From a virus (taxonomy: Duplodnaviria; Caudoviricetes): a DNA stretch of 64,000 nucleotides. The notes below the pieces were generated by a model that did not search any database, was not told the DNA's origin, and was given only the letters and a program-made list of their open reading frames with translations. The position numbers and the translations under genes are program-made. This document shows, one piece after another, positions 8,512-18,079 of the stretch; position 1 is the stretch's first letter, and each line of letters begins with the position of its first letter. Location of the stretch: IMG/VR virus record IMGVR_UViG_3300013383_000028, positions 1 through 64,000 of that record; one strand, given 5' to 3'.

Positions 8512-9461
8512 TGGAGACAACCGAGATCCGGATGATAACCGACCTCGATAAGGCCGTCCCTCAGAGCCTCGATTTCAACTTTGAGGAAGTGAAGTCCTGG
8601 CTGTCTGAAAACCTCGCAGCGTACAAGACGATGGTCGTCACGGAAGATGCCATCGGCGCGTCGAAGGCTGATAAGGCCAAAATCGCAAAAATCAGCAAGG
8701 CAATCTCCGAACAGCGCATCGCCATCAAGAAGCGCTATCTGGAACCGTACAACGACTTCGAATCGAAAATGAAAGAGCTTTCCGGCATGTGTGATGAAGC
8801 CGCGAAGAACATCGACGTCCAAGTCAAAGCGTTTGAGGAAAAACGGAAAGCTGAGAAGCGCGAGTGGCTGAGAGCCTATTTCAGCTCCGTAAACACGCAT
8901 CCGTGGCTTGCCTTTGAGCGGATTGAAAACCCGCGCTGGACGAATGCTACCTACGCCATCGAAACAGCCAAGACGGACATCCAGACGGCTGTGAACGTTA
9001 TCGCTGATAATGTTGCCACCATCACCGAAGCCGGCGGCGAGTTTGAGAGCGAAGTCATGCTTGAATACCAGAAAACACTCGACCTCGGTGCAGCTCTGCG
9101 GCGCGGAAACGAGCTGAGTCGGATAAAGAAAGAACGTGAAGCCCGTAAGGCGGCTGAAGAAGCTAACGAGCGTGCCAGACGCGAAGCCATCGCAGCCCGT
9201 GAAGCGGCAGAAGCCAAAGCCAGACAGGAACAGGCCGAACGGGACGCACAGCGGAAGACGGATGAAGAAACTGCTCGTCGCGCAGAGGAACTTCTTAACG
9301 ATGTAAATGCTCCATTTGACGTACATGAAGAGAAACACGCGGAGCCGGTTTCCGTGCTCGACTTCAGGGTGTACGTCACCACTGAACAAAAACTCAAGCT
9401 TCGGGACTGGCTGAATGCTAATGGCATTCGCTTCTGCCGTGTGCCGAAATTTGGAGACTGA
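8511..9461 (+). CDS. DUF1351-like coiled-coil phage protein
   Basis: FNFEEVK...AKISKAISEQRIAIKKRYLEPYNDFE; lies between the exonuclease and RecT genes. Confidence 0.75.
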   Translation: METTEIRMITDLDKAVPQSLDFNFEEVKSWLSENLAAYKTMVVTEDAIGASKADKAKIAKISKAISEQRIAIKKRYLEPYNDFESKMKELSGMCDEAAKNIDVQVKAFEEKRKAEKREWLRAYFSSVNTHPWLAFERIENPRWTNATYAIETAKTDIQTAVNVIADNVATITEAGGEFESEVMLEYQKTLDLGAALRRGNELSRIKKEREARKAAEEANERARREAIAAREAAEAKARQEQAERDAQRKTDEETARRAEELLNDVNAPFDVHEEKHAEPVSVLDFRVYVTTEQKLKLRDWLNANGIRFCRVPKFGD

Positions 9462-9477
9462 GAAAGGAATGTGAAAA

Positions 9478-10515
9478 ATGAACGCAACAAATAGACTTGC
9501 GCCCAGCGCACCGAAACAGACGTTCTCGAACGCTATCACGTCAAACGCGATGCAGGGGCTTATCCAGAAATCGCTGAAGGACGATAAAGTCGCTGCACGG
9601 TTTACCTCGACGCTGATTTCGGCTGTCAATGCATCCGAACAGCTCAAGGCGTGCGATCCGGGTACGATCGTTGCCGCAGCCCTCCGCGGCGAGGGCATGG
9701 GACTGACCCTCGGCATGGGATACTACCTTGTGCCGTATGGACAGACATGCAGCTTTATTCTTGGCTATAAGGGCATGCTTCAACTGGCTCTTTCCACGGG
9801 AGTCTACAACGACATCGACTGCATCGATATCCGAGAAGGTGAGTACAAGGGACGCGACCGCAGAACTGGGAAGCCGTCGTTTGACTTCAACGTCTACGGC
9901 ACGGACGAAGAGCGCGAAGCCGCAAAGATCACCGGCTATTACGCGTACTTCGAATTGAAGGACGGACTCTTCAGAAGTGAATACTGGTCTATGGAAAAGC
10001 TCCTGAAGCATGCGGAAAAATACGCGCAGGCGTTTAAGCGTGACAAATATGATCAGTTCATCGCCGGTGAAATGACGGCGGAAGAGGAAGAAAAGATGCG
10101 CAGATCAACGCCATGGTACGACGTCGGCGGCGGGCAGGAACGGATGTGCAAGAAGACTGTTCTGCGCAGTCTGCTGAACTCCGGCTATGCACCTCTATCC
10201 AACGAAGTCCGATATGCAATGGACAACGATTCTGAGACTGGCGTGATTCCTGACGTGCCGGTCATCAACGTGGATAAATCAAACGGTGAGGTGATCGGCG
10301 CAGCGCAAGCTGCCCCTGCACTCGATGCCACATCTGACGACGATTTCTTCGACGCAACCGCTGTGAGCACCGAGATTGAACACCGCAGTGAAGCCAAGCA
10401 GGAAGCGGCACCGGCAGCAGAACCGAAGCGGAGGAAGGCCGTGGCTGAGATTAAGCCTGAGACAATCAATCCGTCCTACGCGGACGATGGCTTTTTCGGC
10501 GGTGGTGAAGGATGA
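9478..10515 (+). CDS. recT: RecT-family single-strand annealing protein
   Basis: CDPGTIVAAAL, YYLVPYG, FILGYKGMLQLA, MCKKTVLR. Confidence 0.92.
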   Translation: MNATNRLAPSAPKQTFSNAITSNAMQGLIQKSLKDDKVAARFTSTLISAVNASEQLKACDPGTIVAAALRGEGMGLTLGMGYYLVPYGQTCSFILGYKGMLQLALSTGVYNDIDCIDIREGEYKGRDRRTGKPSFDFNVYGTDEEREAAKITGYYAYFELKDGLFRSEYWSMEKLLKHAEKYAQAFKRDKYDQFIAGEMTAEEEEKMRRSTPWYDVGGGQERMCKKTVLRSLLNSGYAPLSNEVRYAMDNDSETGVIPDVPVINVDKSNGEVIGAAQAAPALDATSDDDFFDATAVSTEIEHRSEAKQEAAPAAEPKRRKAVAEIKPETINPSYADDGFFGGGEG

Positions 10516-11084
10516 GACCGATAAACAGTGCAATCCAGACAGACCCCAAAGACCCAAAGCGACAGGCATGCGAGACCATGCTGATTTGGGGAAAAGTCAC
10601 ACGGGACGCAAAGCTGGAATACACAAAAGGCTCCAACAACAAGCCGCCCATGCCAAAGGTAACATTCGGTGTCGCCTACGAAGACAAAAAGTTCATGAAC
10701 ATCCTCTCCATCGGCGATTGCCCGCAAACCAACATCGCACAACGCGTTCGAAAGGGCGATCATGTCTTAATCGCTGGCAGATGGTCAAGCAAAGAGTACA
10801 GAAACAGCGCCGGTGAAGATAAAAATTGGGCAGAGCTGAGAATTGAGCAGATCGCCATTCAGAGTGACGGCTATCAGCTCGAAATGACAGACCGGCTTTG
10901 GACGGCACTCACAAATGCAATGAGCAATGGATATCTCCACACCAGAGGGGAATTTACAAAAGCCTTCAACACAGCATTTGTGGATTCCTTCTGGGAACTG
11001 TGCCAGTCCATGCAGGGTGAAGAACCGCAGGAAGCGGAAGACGGCGAGACTTCCGGCGGAGACGATTACGAACTGACAATCTGA
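10512..11084 (+). CDS. ssb: Single-stranded DNA-binding protein (OB fold, acidic tail)
   Basis: KGDHVLIAGRWSSKEYRNSAGEDK; acidic C-terminus; follows recT. Confidence 0.75.
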   Translation: MRPINSAIQTDPKDPKRQACETMLIWGKVTRDAKLEYTKGSNNKPPMPKVTFGVAYEDKKFMNILSIGDCPQTNIAQRVRKGDHVLIAGRWSSKEYRNSAGEDKNWAELRIEQIAIQSDGYQLEMTDRLWTALTNAMSNGYLHTRGEFTKAFNTAFVDSFWELCQSMQGEEPQEAEDGETSGGDDYELTI

Positions 11085-11093
11085 GGGTAGCCT

Positions 11094-11621
11094 ATGGCAA
11101 AAGGAATAAATCTATGCGACTTGCCGGAACCTTACAGACGTCAGGCGGAACAGCAGATCGTGAAGGAAATGCGGCGGAAAGCAGAGAAACAGGCCAAAGC
11201 AGCGGAACCAAAGGTGAAGCATAAGTCGAAAAAAACTCCGAAACTCCGAAACCAGAAGGTTACGCGCGGCGATAAGACCTTTGACAGCAAGCGGGAAGCA
11301 GACCGCTACGATGAACTTGTGCTGCTGGAAAAACAGGGGATTATCCAGAACCTAGAATGGCAGAAAGAATATCTCCTGATTCCGGCGCAATATGAAACCG
11401 TTGAACAGTACGGGAAAAGTGGCAAACGAATCAAGGATAAGCAGATTCTCATCGAACGCAAAGTGACGTATGTCGCCGATTTCGTCTATAAAAAAGACGG
11501 AGATACAATCGTGGAGGACTCGAAAGGCTACAGAAACCCAGCTTCGGCACCATACGCAAAGTTCGTGTTGAAGCGAAAACTGATGCTCTGGGTGCACGGA
11601 ATCAGAATAACGGAAGTTTGA
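11094..11621 (+). CDS. DUF1064-family endonuclease (resolvase-like)
   Basis: FDSKREADRY, YVADFVY...EDSKG. Confidence 0.85.
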   Translation: MAKGINLCDLPEPYRRQAEQQIVKEMRRKAEKQAKAAEPKVKHKSKKTPKLRNQKVTRGDKTFDSKREADRYDELVLLEKQGIIQNLEWQKEYLLIPAQYETVEQYGKSGKRIKDKQILIERKVTYVADFVYKKDGDTIVEDSKGYRNPASAPYAKFVLKRKLMLWVHGIRITEV

Positions 11622-11971
11622 ATTGGAGGCAAAAGGCGATGGTATCCACACGAAAAAATGCATTTGTTATTACGTCGGTGCAACCGTGGAACAGCATATA
11701 TCGCGACGATGGCTTGGAACGGCATACCAACGACACGCAGGAAGAAATCGACTTTTGCCTCCACCACTGCCCTTATGCGAGTACGGAATGCTGCAACTGT
11801 CTTTCTGGCGGGAAGCCGAAACAGAATCGCAGCGGACCAAAAGAGAAGGTCGATATTGAACAGCTGAAAGAGATGCTTCGGCTGAAAAAAACGACGGCAG
11901 AAATCTGTAAGGAACTCGGTATTGAGCGGAGAACGATCCAACGGAAGAAAAAACAACTGGGGGTGATTTAG
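11618..11971 (+). CDS. Cys-cluster plus C-terminal HTH protein
   Basis: CLHHCPYASTECCNC; TTAEICKELGIERRTIQR. Confidence 0.7.
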   Translation: MNWRQKAMVSTRKNAFVITSVQPWNSIYRDDGLERHTNDTQEEIDFCLHHCPYASTECCNCLSGGKPKQNRSGPKEKVDIEQLKEMLRLKKTTAEICKELGIERRTIQRKKKQLGVI

Positions 11972-12046
11972 GTGATTCATCTTGGAGACATTTGCAAGAT
12001 CAACGGTGCGGAAATCGAACCGGTAATGTCCGCCGAGAACTGCTAA
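11972..12046 (+). pseudogene. N-terminal remnant of a DNA cytosine methyltransferase
   Basis: MIHLGDICKINGAEIEPV matches the start of clostridial phage Dcm proteins, then stops after 24 codons. Confidence 0.55.
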
Positions 12047-12384
12047 AACCGGGAAATCCAGTTGAAACAGTCATATGGAATGGGAAAAGGCCGGCGAGGG
12101 TAAAAACGGAGAATGGCTATGCTGCCGCAAACAAATATTTCAAGGAAAAGTATTTTCCGGGGAAAGACGGAATGCTTGTATGGCTTGATGGAAACCCCAA
12201 AAACTGCGCAAGGGAAAACGCGGAGCTTGTTGAAAAGAGCGTATACGCTTCTCTTTGCTGGAGGGGATGGTTTTTCGCGGACCGGGAGCTGACCAGGACG
12301 GCGATATTGACGGCGAGACTGCTTCTGTTTTTCCCGGAGTACACGCACAACGAAAATCAATATCTGAAAATCGTGAGGCACTGA
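12024..12384 (+). pseudogene. HNH endonuclease-like fragment lacking its 5' end
   Basis: LVWLDGNPKNCARENAELV...GWF...ELTRTAILTARL; degenerate HNH; no own RBS. Confidence 0.5.
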
Positions 12385-12677
12385 TGGAGAAGAAAAATGT
12401 CATTGAATCGCTTAGATATTGCGCGGAAAATGAAGAAGACGGGTGCGGAGTGTGCCGATACCGGCCGTTCGTCCATTGTAAGCAGAGGCTTTTCAATGAT
12501 ACGATCGATCTGATTGAAAAGCTTTCAAGCGAGATCACCCGTCTGAAAGAGGCGCTGATGGGAACGTCGACGCCGTGCGACGATTGCGTGACGGGATGGG
12601 GAAATCCGTATACGGAAAGCTGCATGGATGAATGCGAAAGACTGAAAGATTATCTGGAGAAGCAGAAGGAGGGTTAG
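12384..12677 (+). CDS. Hypothetical Cys-rich phage protein
   Basis: CGVCRY, PCDDC motifs. Confidence 0.65.
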   Translation: MEKKNVIESLRYCAENEEDGCGVCRYRPFVHCKQRLFNDTIDLIEKLSSEITRLKEALMGTSTPCDDCVTGWGNPYTESCMDECERLKDYLEKQKEG

Positions 12678-12679
12678 CC

Positions 12680-12982
12680 ATGCTGCCTATGATGGAAGAA
12701 GGGTGCTATAACTGCCCGGTAAAAAACTGCACTGCGGCATATCGCGGTAGCGAATGCGCTGCGAACCGTGCAAAGGTCGGAATCGATACAGATCCGTTAA
12801 CCAACGGCGAGTGCATCCGGCAAGCGGATGATGAGCAGCTGGCGGGCATCTTGTATGGAGCTATTTCGGGCATAGTAGCAGAGACACTTCACCGCCTCGG
12901 AATAACTGAATGGGAATGTCCGGACATCCGGGACAAGTATGTCGAGTGGCTGCGCAGTCCCTGTGAAAAGGAGGCCAAATGA
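12680..12982 (+). CDS. Hypothetical phage protein
   Basis: GGAGG RBS; LTNGECIR...WLRSP pattern common in phage accessory genes. Confidence 0.65.
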   Translation: MLPMMEEGCYNCPVKNCTAAYRGSECAANRAKVGIDTDPLTNGECIRQADDEQLAGILYGAISGIVAETLHRLGITEWECPDIRDKYVEWLRSPCEKEAK

Positions 12983-13239
12983 AAAAACTGAACGGTGGGC
13001 AGACGATTACAATTCCATGCAAAATCGGCGACTATTGCTTGTTCGATACAGGGCTATGCGTTAAAAGGCTGCGCGTCAGAGGATTCTACTATGGATACCC
13101 AGACGGACTGCGCATAGACCTCGGAGACATTCAACCGTTCGCATTTCACCACTCCATCGTAGGCTATGTTGCCGCCGAGGACGATATCATGCAGAGCGAG
13201 GAAGCAATCAGAATGAGAAAGCAGGTAATGTACCCATGA
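12979..13239 (+). CDS. Hypothetical phage protein
   Basis: IPCKIGD motif; coupled. Confidence 0.65.
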   Translation: MKKLNGGQTITIPCKIGDYCLFDTGLCVKRLRVRGFYYGYPDGLRIDLGDIQPFAFHHSIVGYVAAEDDIMQSEEAIRMRKQVMYP

Positions 13240-13859
13240 AAACTGAAATCACGAAAATCAAGGGTGACTGGATGGAGGTCGCTTCCGATTGCCGGTCAAC
13301 GGTCGGCAAGCCGCCGCTCGGCCATGAGCCAAGCACGGAATTTAAGAAGAAAATCCTCATTGCGGAGCACAGCCCAATCCGGGACATTTCCGTGAAGTGG
13401 ACCTGGCACGACATCAAAAGCTGGGTCGCTACACACTGGAGCAGGCACAAATTCGAGAAGTACATCAAATCGCAGCGCTCAGACAGAACCAACATTCCAC
13501 GCGATAAGCTGCCGCAGGACGCGCCTGTTGACTTCACAGGCGATGCAAATGTGCAGGCACTTATCGACACCATGCGGAAACGTCTGTGCCGTCAGTCCTC
13601 AACAGAGACGCGACAGTACGCCGAGGACTTCAAAGTGGCGCTGCATGAGATCGAACCGGAGATTTCCGATGTCCTAACTCCGAACTGCGTCTATAGAGCT
13701 GGCTGCGCAGAAATGAAACCGTGCGGAGATGGAAAATGCTTTTTCGACGTGCTGATCGACCAAACAGCTGGCGCAGTCGCAACGACGAATATTCAAGACC
13801 GCTACGATGCCTACAATCAATTCTTCTATAAGAACCGAAAGCCATGTCAGTCAGAGTAA
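13236..13859 (+). CDS. Flavin-dependent thymidylate synthase (ThyX/Thy1)-like protein
   Basis: AEHSPIR, SRHKFEKYIKSQR (diverged RHR-x7-SxR), RKRLC, PNCVYRAGC. Confidence 0.75.
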   Translation: MKTEITKIKGDWMEVASDCRSTVGKPPLGHEPSTEFKKKILIAEHSPIRDISVKWTWHDIKSWVATHWSRHKFEKYIKSQRSDRTNIPRDKLPQDAPVDFTGDANVQALIDTMRKRLCRQSSTETRQYAEDFKVALHEIEPEISDVLTPNCVYRAGCAEMKPCGDGKCFFDVLIDQTAGAVATTNIQDRYDAYNQFFYKNRKPCQSE

Positions 13860-14191
13860 CGTTTGCTTGCCCAGTATGCGGGCGTGAGGTGACTGTCACA
13901 CGGAAGCGGGAACAGAAGACGTATTTCTGCGGTCTGGAATGCTACAACTTCGCGCGGAACAACGGCATGTGGAAACAGAAACTCAAGCAAAGTGAACCGG
14001 GAGATCTCGTCCATCATGACGTCAAAATCAAAATAACGCGCGAAGTGCCGCTCTTCCCTGAAATGCGGCCGACGGTAGGGAAGGTCTATGAAGCTGAGCG
14101 ATACGATGGCAGATTCCCAAGCTACGTCATTACGGTCAATGGCCGCAGAATAAACATTCGATACAACGAATGCATGGAGGTGAAAGAATGA
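13844..14191 (+). CDS. Zn-ribbon hypothetical protein
   Basis: CPVCG...YFCGLEC. Confidence 0.65.
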   Translation: MSVRVTFACPVCGREVTVTRKREQKTYFCGLECYNFARNNGMWKQKLKQSEPGDLVHHDVKIKITREVPLFPEMRPTVGKVYEAERYDGRFPSYVITVNGRRINIRYNECMEVKE

Positions 14192-14742
14192 GTCAAGCGG
14201 TGCTCATTAGCATCAAACCACGATGGTGCGGTAAGATTGCCACTGGCGAAAAAACAATCGAGGTGCGCAAAAACTATCCGAAGTTGGATGTGCCATTCAA
14301 GGGGTACATCTACTGCACGAAGGACACAAAAACACAGTTTTGGACAGGCCAGAGGTATTCCTACGCAGACGATCACAGCCACAACGCGTTTGACAGATGT
14401 GGGAACGGCAAGGTAATCGGCGAGTTCACATGCTACCGTGTGACCAACCTTTTTGCGAATAGCCGCTTTTGGCTGAACGAAGATGATGTCCTGCACACAT
14501 GCCTGACTGCCGACGAAATTCGAAAGTATGCGAATGGAGCGCGTGGGTTATATGGGTGGCGCATTTCAGCCTTGAAGATCTATGACAATCCGCTTCCGCT
14601 CAGCACCTTCAAAAAGTGGTTCCGGAATTGCGCGTATTCAGATCTCGGTCTCGCAATCCCAGAATGCGAGAAATGCACGGACGCTGGATGCTTCGTACAT
14701 AAGCCACCTCTGTCATGGTGCTTTGTGGAGGAACTGTCATGA
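14188..14742 (+). CDS. ASCH-domain protein
   Basis: VLISIKPRWCGKIATGEKTIEVRK, GKVIGEF. Confidence 0.85.
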   Translation: MSQAVLISIKPRWCGKIATGEKTIEVRKNYPKLDVPFKGYIYCTKDTKTQFWTGQRYSYADDHSHNAFDRCGNGKVIGEFTCYRVTNLFANSRFWLNEDDVLHTCLTADEIRKYANGARGLYGWRISALKIYDNPLPLSTFKKWFRNCAYSDLGLAIPECEKCTDAGCFVHKPPLSWCFVEELS

Positions 14743-14954
14743 GTGAGTTTCAAAATAGTCATCTCATACGATGCCCAAGCGGGCATATTGTTGGAGTTTG
14801 CGGCTCGGACGGGACGGTAGAGATCAAACACAAGGGGAGAACGGTTGTTTTGCATTCCCCTAACGCAAATGCAGAAATAACGTGTGAACAATGCGGGAAA
14901 ACGGTAACGGTCTATCTGGACTGCGGAAACATTAGTGTGGAGGAAAGAAAATGA
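14739..14954 (+). CDS. Small Zn-ribbon protein
   Basis: RCPSGH...CEQCG. Confidence 0.65.
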   Translation: MSEFQNSHLIRCPSGHIVGVCGSDGTVEIKHKGRTVVLHSPNANAEITCEQCGKTVTVYLDCGNISVEERK

Positions 14955-15400
14955 AGATCAAAACAGGGGACTATGTAGAAACCAAGAATGGAAAGATCGG
15001 CGTTGTCAGAACGGTTGGAAAAGCAGCGGACAAAGACACGGTTGATCAATTTGCATTCGACTGGGAAGTTACCCATCCTGCCATCAGAAATGGTGGAAAC
15101 TGCGCGTTCTTCTCAGGAACCGTAGACGAATTGTGGAAGTTCTTCAACAGAATCGGTGTGTATGTTGACCCAATGATTCCGTTCCGACTGAGAAAGTCAG
15201 ATAGGAAGAAAAATACTATTGAGCCTTTTGAACTCGTGAAGGAAGAGACTGTAACCGGATGGCGACTAACATGTGAAACGGACAATACGAAGACCATGGA
15301 ATACGGCGAACAGAACATTCTTGTTCCCAACATTCCGAACAACGTGACGCTTGCGCGCAAAATCAATGAGATTATCAACCATCTGAATACGGAGGAATGA
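14951..15400 (+). CDS. Hypothetical phage protein
   Basis: GGAAAG RBS; coupled. Confidence 0.65.
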   Translation: MKIKTGDYVETKNGKIGVVRTVGKAADKDTVDQFAFDWEVTHPAIRNGGNCAFFSGTVDELWKFFNRIGVYVDPMIPFRLRKSDRKKNTIEPFELVKEETVTGWRLTCETDNTKTMEYGEQNILVPNIPNNVTLARKINEIINHLNTEE

Positions 15401-15714
15401 TAATGGAACATATTGTACAGTTTGGCATCAATATCGATGACGAAGCAATCAAACGTACCGTGATGGAAAGCGGCGTTAAGACTATCGAAGCGCAGATCAA
15501 ACAGGCAATCATCAATGAGGTGTTTAGCTCTTACCAATACAGAGACGCGAACCCTGCAAGTGACCCACTATCGGCATGGGCGCAGAACATCGTAGCGGAA
15601 CTGCTTGAAAATAACCGGGAATCGATTATCAGACAGGCGGCGGCAATCCTCGCAGATAAGATGGGGAGAAGCACAAAAGTCCGTGAAGCGGTCATCGCAA
15701 AGGCGGCAGAATGA
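15397..15714 (+). CDS. Hypothetical phage protein
   Basis: GGAGG RBS; coupled. Confidence 0.65.
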   Translation: MIMEHIVQFGINIDDEAIKRTVMESGVKTIEAQIKQAIINEVFSSYQYRDANPASDPLSAWAQNIVAELLENNRESIIRQAAAILADKMGRSTKVREAVIAKAAE

Positions 15715-16067
15715 AGCGTGTACACATTGTAGCGTTCCCACCGTTTGAATCCGAATGGAGCGTAATGCCATACTTCTGCGAGACGGAACATAAAACCGGA
15801 GACATTGTGAAGATAACACCGAAGGAATGTGGAGAGCTGAAATATATTTTCACCGACGAATCTCATGATGTAGTATACCCGGCTGAAGGCCCCATTCCGG
15901 AAGAAACCGATAGCTTTCCGGCAGGAAAATACTACAGGGTGTATTGCTTGGATGAGATTTCATTGCTGTGCAGCAACATTCCACTCAAACTGGATGGTTT
16001 TGTTGAGAGATACACTGATGGGGCATACATTTACGAAAGTAAGAAATGGGGGCCAATGTTGTGGTAG
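15711..16067 (+). CDS. Hypothetical phage protein
   Basis: ATGA coupling. Confidence 0.6.
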   Translation: MKRVHIVAFPPFESEWSVMPYFCETEHKTGDIVKITPKECGELKYIFTDESHDVVYPAEGPIPEETDSFPAGKYYRVYCLDEISLLCSNIPLKLDGFVERYTDGAYIYESKKWGPMLW

Positions 16068-16714
16068 ATTTCATGTGTGCGCGTATCTGCGATAATCTGC
16101 AACTTGAGCTTCATAAGGACGTGTTGCGGTCGATAATCGATCAGAACGAGTTCTACCGAGTGTTGGGAAACTTCTCCGTGGAGATCATGGGTGTTGCACC
16201 TGATACCGGTGCATTCATCTTAAAATTTCACGACAAAGACAAGCAGCACGCGAAAACGGTCTATGATAGCGAAGTCGAGGAAGTAACACCGACGGATATG
16301 CTTAACCTCGATTTGCAGAACAGGTTCCGAAATGTCAGCCCATATGAGGTGGAATCCAGCAATCCGAACTGGACAAGGGAGGGAAACAAACCAGTGGTAA
16401 CAATCTATGGTTATAGCGACGATACGGTCGAAATCGAAAACAGCAACTACAATGATGGTAGTATTGACTGCTTCGACAAGGATGTACGGTTGTGGTTTAC
16501 CGACGGAACAATCGTCCGTATCGGTTACTGCAAGCCAAAACTCGGTGTCTGGTACATCGTCAGGGAACACGTCGGAACGGCAGAACAGACGCTTTTGGTC
16601 TGCGAGGACGAAGACGCAGACCCGCACAGCGATGTTTTCTGCATCAACGCGGAAATCGAACGGCATGAGCTGCTTGGAGGGAACTATGGAGAGGTTAACA
16701 TTACGGAGCAGTGA
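16061..16714 (+). CDS. Hypothetical phage protein
   Basis: Long ORF in the operon; C-terminal IYGYSDDTVEIE domain. Confidence 0.6.
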   Translation: MVDFMCARICDNLQLELHKDVLRSIIDQNEFYRVLGNFSVEIMGVAPDTGAFILKFHDKDKQHAKTVYDSEVEEVTPTDMLNLDLQNRFRNVSPYEVESSNPNWTREGNKPVVTIYGYSDDTVEIENSNYNDGSIDCFDKDVRLWFTDGTIVRIGYCKPKLGVWYIVREHVGTAEQTLLVCEDEDADPHSDVFCINAEIERHELLGGNYGEVNITEQ

Positions 16715-17255
16715 AACAAGCCACGAAAACGGCGTGTGCTGCACACACTTCAAAAGCAAGGAATGTCTTGAAGTCGGAGGGAACTGCGCGTATGGCTGCA
16801 AGTGGGAAGAGGCTGCATGGGAGAAGCTTGCGGCCTACGAAGATAGCCCCATGTCACCGGAACAATGCGCAGATGCCATGAGGCTGTCAGGACTGCTCAA
16901 CCAGTACCACGGCATTACGGTTGAACGGGTGGCTGAACTGATTGAGGCTGACAAAGCCGGTATGAGCGTTCCACTGCCCTGCAAACCGGGCGACAAACTG
17001 TTTGTCCTGACATCTGACAGTTTGACAGGCATCCAAGAAACAAAATGCAGACGAATCGAAATCCGCAACGCCACCGATGGATTGCACGCGACGGTCGTGG
17101 CACCGTGCGTCTATGATGATTGGGGTGGCGCGCATTGGGAGTTCACCAAAGAGGATTTCGGAAAAAAAGTGTTCTTGAATCAGGAAGACGCCGAAAAGGC
17201 CAGGAGGAAAAATGAACTGCAAAGTAGAGAGATGTCCTTTTATTCTGAGCGGTGA
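16686..17255 (+). CDS. Hypothetical phage protein
   Basis: MERLT...EKLAAYED...LPCKPGD...DFGKKVFL pattern typical of clostridial phages. Confidence 0.7.
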   Translation: MERLTLRSSETSHENGVCCTHFKSKECLEVGGNCAYGCKWEEAAWEKLAAYEDSPMSPEQCADAMRLSGLLNQYHGITVERVAELIEADKAGMSVPLPCKPGDKLFVLTSDSLTGIQETKCRRIEIRNATDGLHATVVAPCVYDDWGGAHWEFTKEDFGKKVFLNQEDAEKARRKNELQSREMSFYSER

Positions 17256-17319
17256 GTGCGACGTACCACCGTGCTCAACGTGCTTCCTTCCGTGCAAAGC
17301 GAGGGAAGACCATGATTGA
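17212..17319 (+). CDS. 35-aa Cys-rich peptide (not in the ORF track)
   Basis: AGGAGG RBS; MNCKVERCPFILSGECDVPPCSTCFLPCKAREDHD. Confidence 0.5.
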   Translation: MNCKVERCPFILSGECDVPPCSTCFLPCKAREDHD

Positions 17320-17479
17320 TCTTAAACCATGTCCATTCTGCGGGGGAAAAGCCTTCATGATGAGCGACCCGTACACACACAATCGCTTCCTTGTGGCCTG
17401 CAAAAATCGCGGGGATGTGTGCAAATGCGAACCATGCACAAACTGGTTCGACACGCCGGAAGAATCTGTGAAAGCATGA
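17312..17479 (+). CDS. Lar-family restriction-alleviation-like protein 1
   Basis: LKPCPFCGG...C..C. Confidence 0.75.
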   Translation: MIDLKPCPFCGGKAFMMSDPYTHNRFLVACKNRGDVCKCEPCTNWFDTPEESVKA

Positions 17480-17492
17480 AATAGGAGGGAAA

Positions 17493-17693
17493 ATGAGCGA
17501 TCTTAAATACTGCCCGTTCTGCGGTGGGGAAGTCGAGGAACGGGGTGGAACCTGCAACTATTGCAAAAAGATCATGACGATGGACGTGAAATGCCAGAAG
17601 TGCGAGACGACCTTTAAGTTTAAGCACAAATGGGAGATCAATCCATACGTTGAAACCGTGGATGCGTGGAATAGGAGGGCTAATGATGGATAG
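17493..17693 (+). CDS. Lar-family protein 2
   Basis: LKYCPFCGG...CQKC...AWNRR. Confidence 0.75.
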   Translation: MSDLKYCPFCGGEVEERGGTCNYCKKIMTMDVKCQKCETTFKFKHKWEINPYVETVDAWNRRANDG

Positions 17694-17862
17694 CCTGAAG
17701 CCATGCAAGCGGTGTGGGTTGCGATTCGGGAGGCGCATCGAGTATAAGTGCAACAGGCACACATATCGCATATGTTGCCCAAAGTGCGGCTATTGCACAA
17801 AAGAGCAGGATACATGCGAAGAAGCTGTAAATGAGTGGAACAGGAGGAACGAAAATGATTGA
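17683..17862 (+). CDS. Lar-family protein 3
   Basis: LKPCKRCG...CPKCG...EWNRR. Confidence 0.7.
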   Translation: MMDSLKPCKRCGLRFGRRIEYKCNRHTYRICCPKCGYCTKEQDTCEEAVNEWNRRNEND

Positions 17863-18079
17863 AAATCGAGTGTGTTTTACCGTCAAAGGTGAGTTTGGAG
17901 CGCAGATGAGCTTCGAGGCAAATAACACGATCCCTTATGACGATCTGTGCAAGTGTGTCAACAAGGATACGTTGGTTGAGCTGATGTGCCTCGACAGTCT
18001 CGGCTATACCGGCGACGATATTCAGTTCATCACGCCGGAAGAGTACGACGAGCGATTTGGAGACGATGAAAATGAATGA
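17855..18079 (+). CDS. Hypothetical acidic protein
   Basis: GGAGG RBS; ITPEEYDERFGDD. Confidence 0.6.
   Translation: MIENRVCFTVKGEFGAQMSFEANNTIPYDDLCKCVNKDTLVELMCLDSLGYTGDDIQFITPEEYDERFGDDENE

Noticed and set aside
13809-13819. GCCTACAATCA matches part of the terL insert; a similar string occurs near 40897
   Set aside because: Short matches in unrelated contexts are compatible with chance.
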